Origin: Neoconidiobolus thromboides FSU 785 | Taxonomy: Eukaryota > Fungi > Entomophthoromycota | Assembly (NCBI GenBank): GCA_025603075.1 | Contig: MU626264.1 | Location: forward strand, 1-64,000 | DNA: 64,000 bases | Direction of reading: 5' to 3' | Part shown: positions 61,700-64,000 of the stretch, piece by piece | Position numbering within the stretch: the stretch's first letter is position 1 | How the letters are laid out: each line of letters opens with the position of its first letter | The notes under the pieces: model-generated | Databases searched by the model: none | The model's input: the letters and a program-made list of their open reading frames with translations, nothing else | Told to the model about the DNA's origin: nothing | Position numbers and translations under genes: made by a program

Positions 61700-64000
61700 A
61701 TGAGTTGGAATAAGAAAAATGAAGAGATAGGTAAATTTCTAATAAATTCCATCCGCCACTTTAAAACTAATTAATTTCATAGACGATTTAGATGTCTTTT
61801 TGAATCTCGAAAAGAGTACTGTTTTACAAGAAGCACGTGTATTCAATATGAGTCCAATCAAACCATATCAATGTCGTATAATTATTGCCAAAATTTTATT
61901 TTTATTATATAAAGGGGATACATTATCGACTATTGAAGCTACAGAACTATTTTTTTCGATTACAAAATTGTTCCAGTCACAAGATGTAAGTCAATACTAA
62001 TTATATTTTAAAAAGAAACAAAATATGATCAATTGACTAATCGTTTTTATTTATTTATTTATAAAAATTTCCAAATCTAGTTACCATTACGTCAAATCAT
62101 TTATTTAGCTATTAAAGAGTTATCTTCTATTGCTCAAGATGTAATTATTATTACTAGTAGTTTAACAAAAGATATGCAACCTCAGAGTGAAGCTTTGTGT
62201 CGACCAAACGCTATTCGTGCTTTATGTAAAATTACTGATGTAACTATTATTTTAATAGAAAAAAAATCTATAGCTAATAATTTCATCACTATAGGCCAGT
62301 ATGTTACCCAGTATTGAACGTTTTTTAAAAGCAGCCATTGTAGATAAATCCGATTCCTCTATCAGTTCTGCTGCTTTAGTCAGTAGTTACCATTTATTTC
62401 CACAAAGCAAAGAAGTGATTCGTCGTTGGTCCAATGAAGTACAATCAGCTATGGTAGCTAAAGGTTCTGGATTTAGTTCTATGGTATCCTCCTTTATGAG
62501 ATCATCAGCGGTACAAATACCAAGTACTACTATCTCACAATATCATGCGTTAGGGTTAATGGCACTTATTCGTCAACAAGATAAAGTATCGATTAATAAA
62601 TTAGTTCAAATGTTTGTTGGTGGTAATGGTATGTCAGCAGAAAGTTTAAAAGACCCATTTGCTCATTGCTATTTGATTCGACTTGCGGGGAAATCTATTG
62701 AACAAAGTGGACAGTAAGTTTTAGATTGTACAACTATTTTTATGAATGTGTTATTGATTTTTATTAATTATTTAGATTTTCTAATGTAATTTATGATAAA
62801 CTTTGTAATTGGTTACGCAATCGTAATGATTCTGTATCGCTCGAAGCTGCTAAAGTGATTTGTTCAATGCCAGGATTAACTGTAGAACAAATTTATCCAG
62901 CTGTTAGAAGTAAGAAAAATTATTATATTAATATCAATATTAATATAAAACTTAATTTGATTTTTAATTAGCTTTACAACAATTTTTATCATCATCTAAA
63001 TCTGCTTTAAGATTTGCAGCTATTAGAACTATTAATCGAGTAGCACTTACCCATGCTAATGCTATGGTGAATTGGAAACTTGGTTTAGATGAACTTATTT
63101 CGGATTCTAATCGTTCAGTGGCTACCTTTGCTATTACAGCTTTACTTAAAATAGGAACTGAATCCACTATTGATGCTTTAATTAAACAAGTATCCTCTTT
63201 AATGAACGATATTTCAGATGAATTCCGAGTGATTGTAGTTGATGCCATCAAAAGCCTCGGGATCAAATTTCCTAGTAAACAACATGTATTATTAAACTTT
63301 TTATCTACAGTATTAAGAGATGAAGGGGGATATGAGTTTAAACGATCAGTTGTAGATGCAATTATTGAATTAGTACAAAGTTTACCCGAAAGTAAAGAAG
63401 GGGCTTTATCACACCTTTGTGAATTTATTGAAGATTGTGAATATTCTAAATTATCAGTTAAAATTCTTCATTTCCTTGGTTTAGAAGGACCAAAAACTTC
63501 GAATCCTACATTATATATTCGATTCATTTATAATCGTGTTATTCTTGAAACCGCTGTTGTTAGAGCGGCTGCTGTATCAGCTTTAGTTAAGTTCGCTGTA
63601 GGTATTGAAGATTTGAAAGTTAAAAAAAGTATTAGAGTATTATTGACTAGGTAATTAAAATAATTGTTTATTAATATAGAATAATAATAATATTTATTTT
63701 TATATATAAGATGTCTTGATGACCCAGATGATGAAGTTAGAGATCGAGCAGCATGGTCTTTAAGAGTTATGGAAAATGAAATTAATGCTAATGCCTTTAT
63801 TAAATCGGAACAAGTTTATCATTTAAGCACATTGGAACAATTATTAAGTGAATATTGTATGAATTCAGAAAAATCAAGTAATCCATTTGATATTGAAAAC
63901 GTACCAACTATTTTACGTGGGGAAGAAAGTAACTTTCAATCGAATCAAAGTAAATTATTTAAGATTTAGATTTAAGATAAATTTATTTTAATTTATTAAT
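61700..64000 (+). CDS. SEC21: Coatomer gamma subunit (gamma-COP), 5' part; continues beyond the window
   Basis: LEKSTVLQEARVFN, TELFFSITKLFQS, ISDSNRSVATFAITALLK, SDEFRVIVVDAI, LRDEGGYEFK, HLCEFIEDCE, IRFIYNRVILE. Confidence 0.95.

Overview
Very AT-rich eukaryotic DNA with tiny (38-60 nt) GT-AG introns. It is most consistent with an early-diverging fungus; an Entomophthoromycotina/Conidiobolus-like origin is my inference from intron size, a class-A-like GPCR and a CHD7-type remodeler. About 20 protein-coding genes can be supported: two paralogous small secreted Cys-rich proteins, three DOMON genes, a RIM4-like RRM protein, SYF1, a 7TM receptor, a serine-racemase-family enzyme plus its pseudogene, an orphan, SIP5, a CHD6-9-type remodeler, IDI1, a UPF0132-like protein, ABP1, a thioredoxin-fold/F-box protein, an MFS transporter, a TMEM42-like protein and the 5' part of SEC21. 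Two genes missing from the ORF track were reconstructed by hand: a complete 16-exon SPO11 (24445-26271, minus) and a 108-aa secreted protein (56931-57316, minus). Intergenic DNA holds at least three non-autonomous repeat families: a ~105-bp ATAT-flanked MITE (18 copies), a ~170-bp MITE (3 copies) and a ~650-bp foldback element. There are also faint hAT-like transposase relics and one candidate C/D box snoRNA. All gene models and family calls come from manual reading and remembered motifs; no database search was run.
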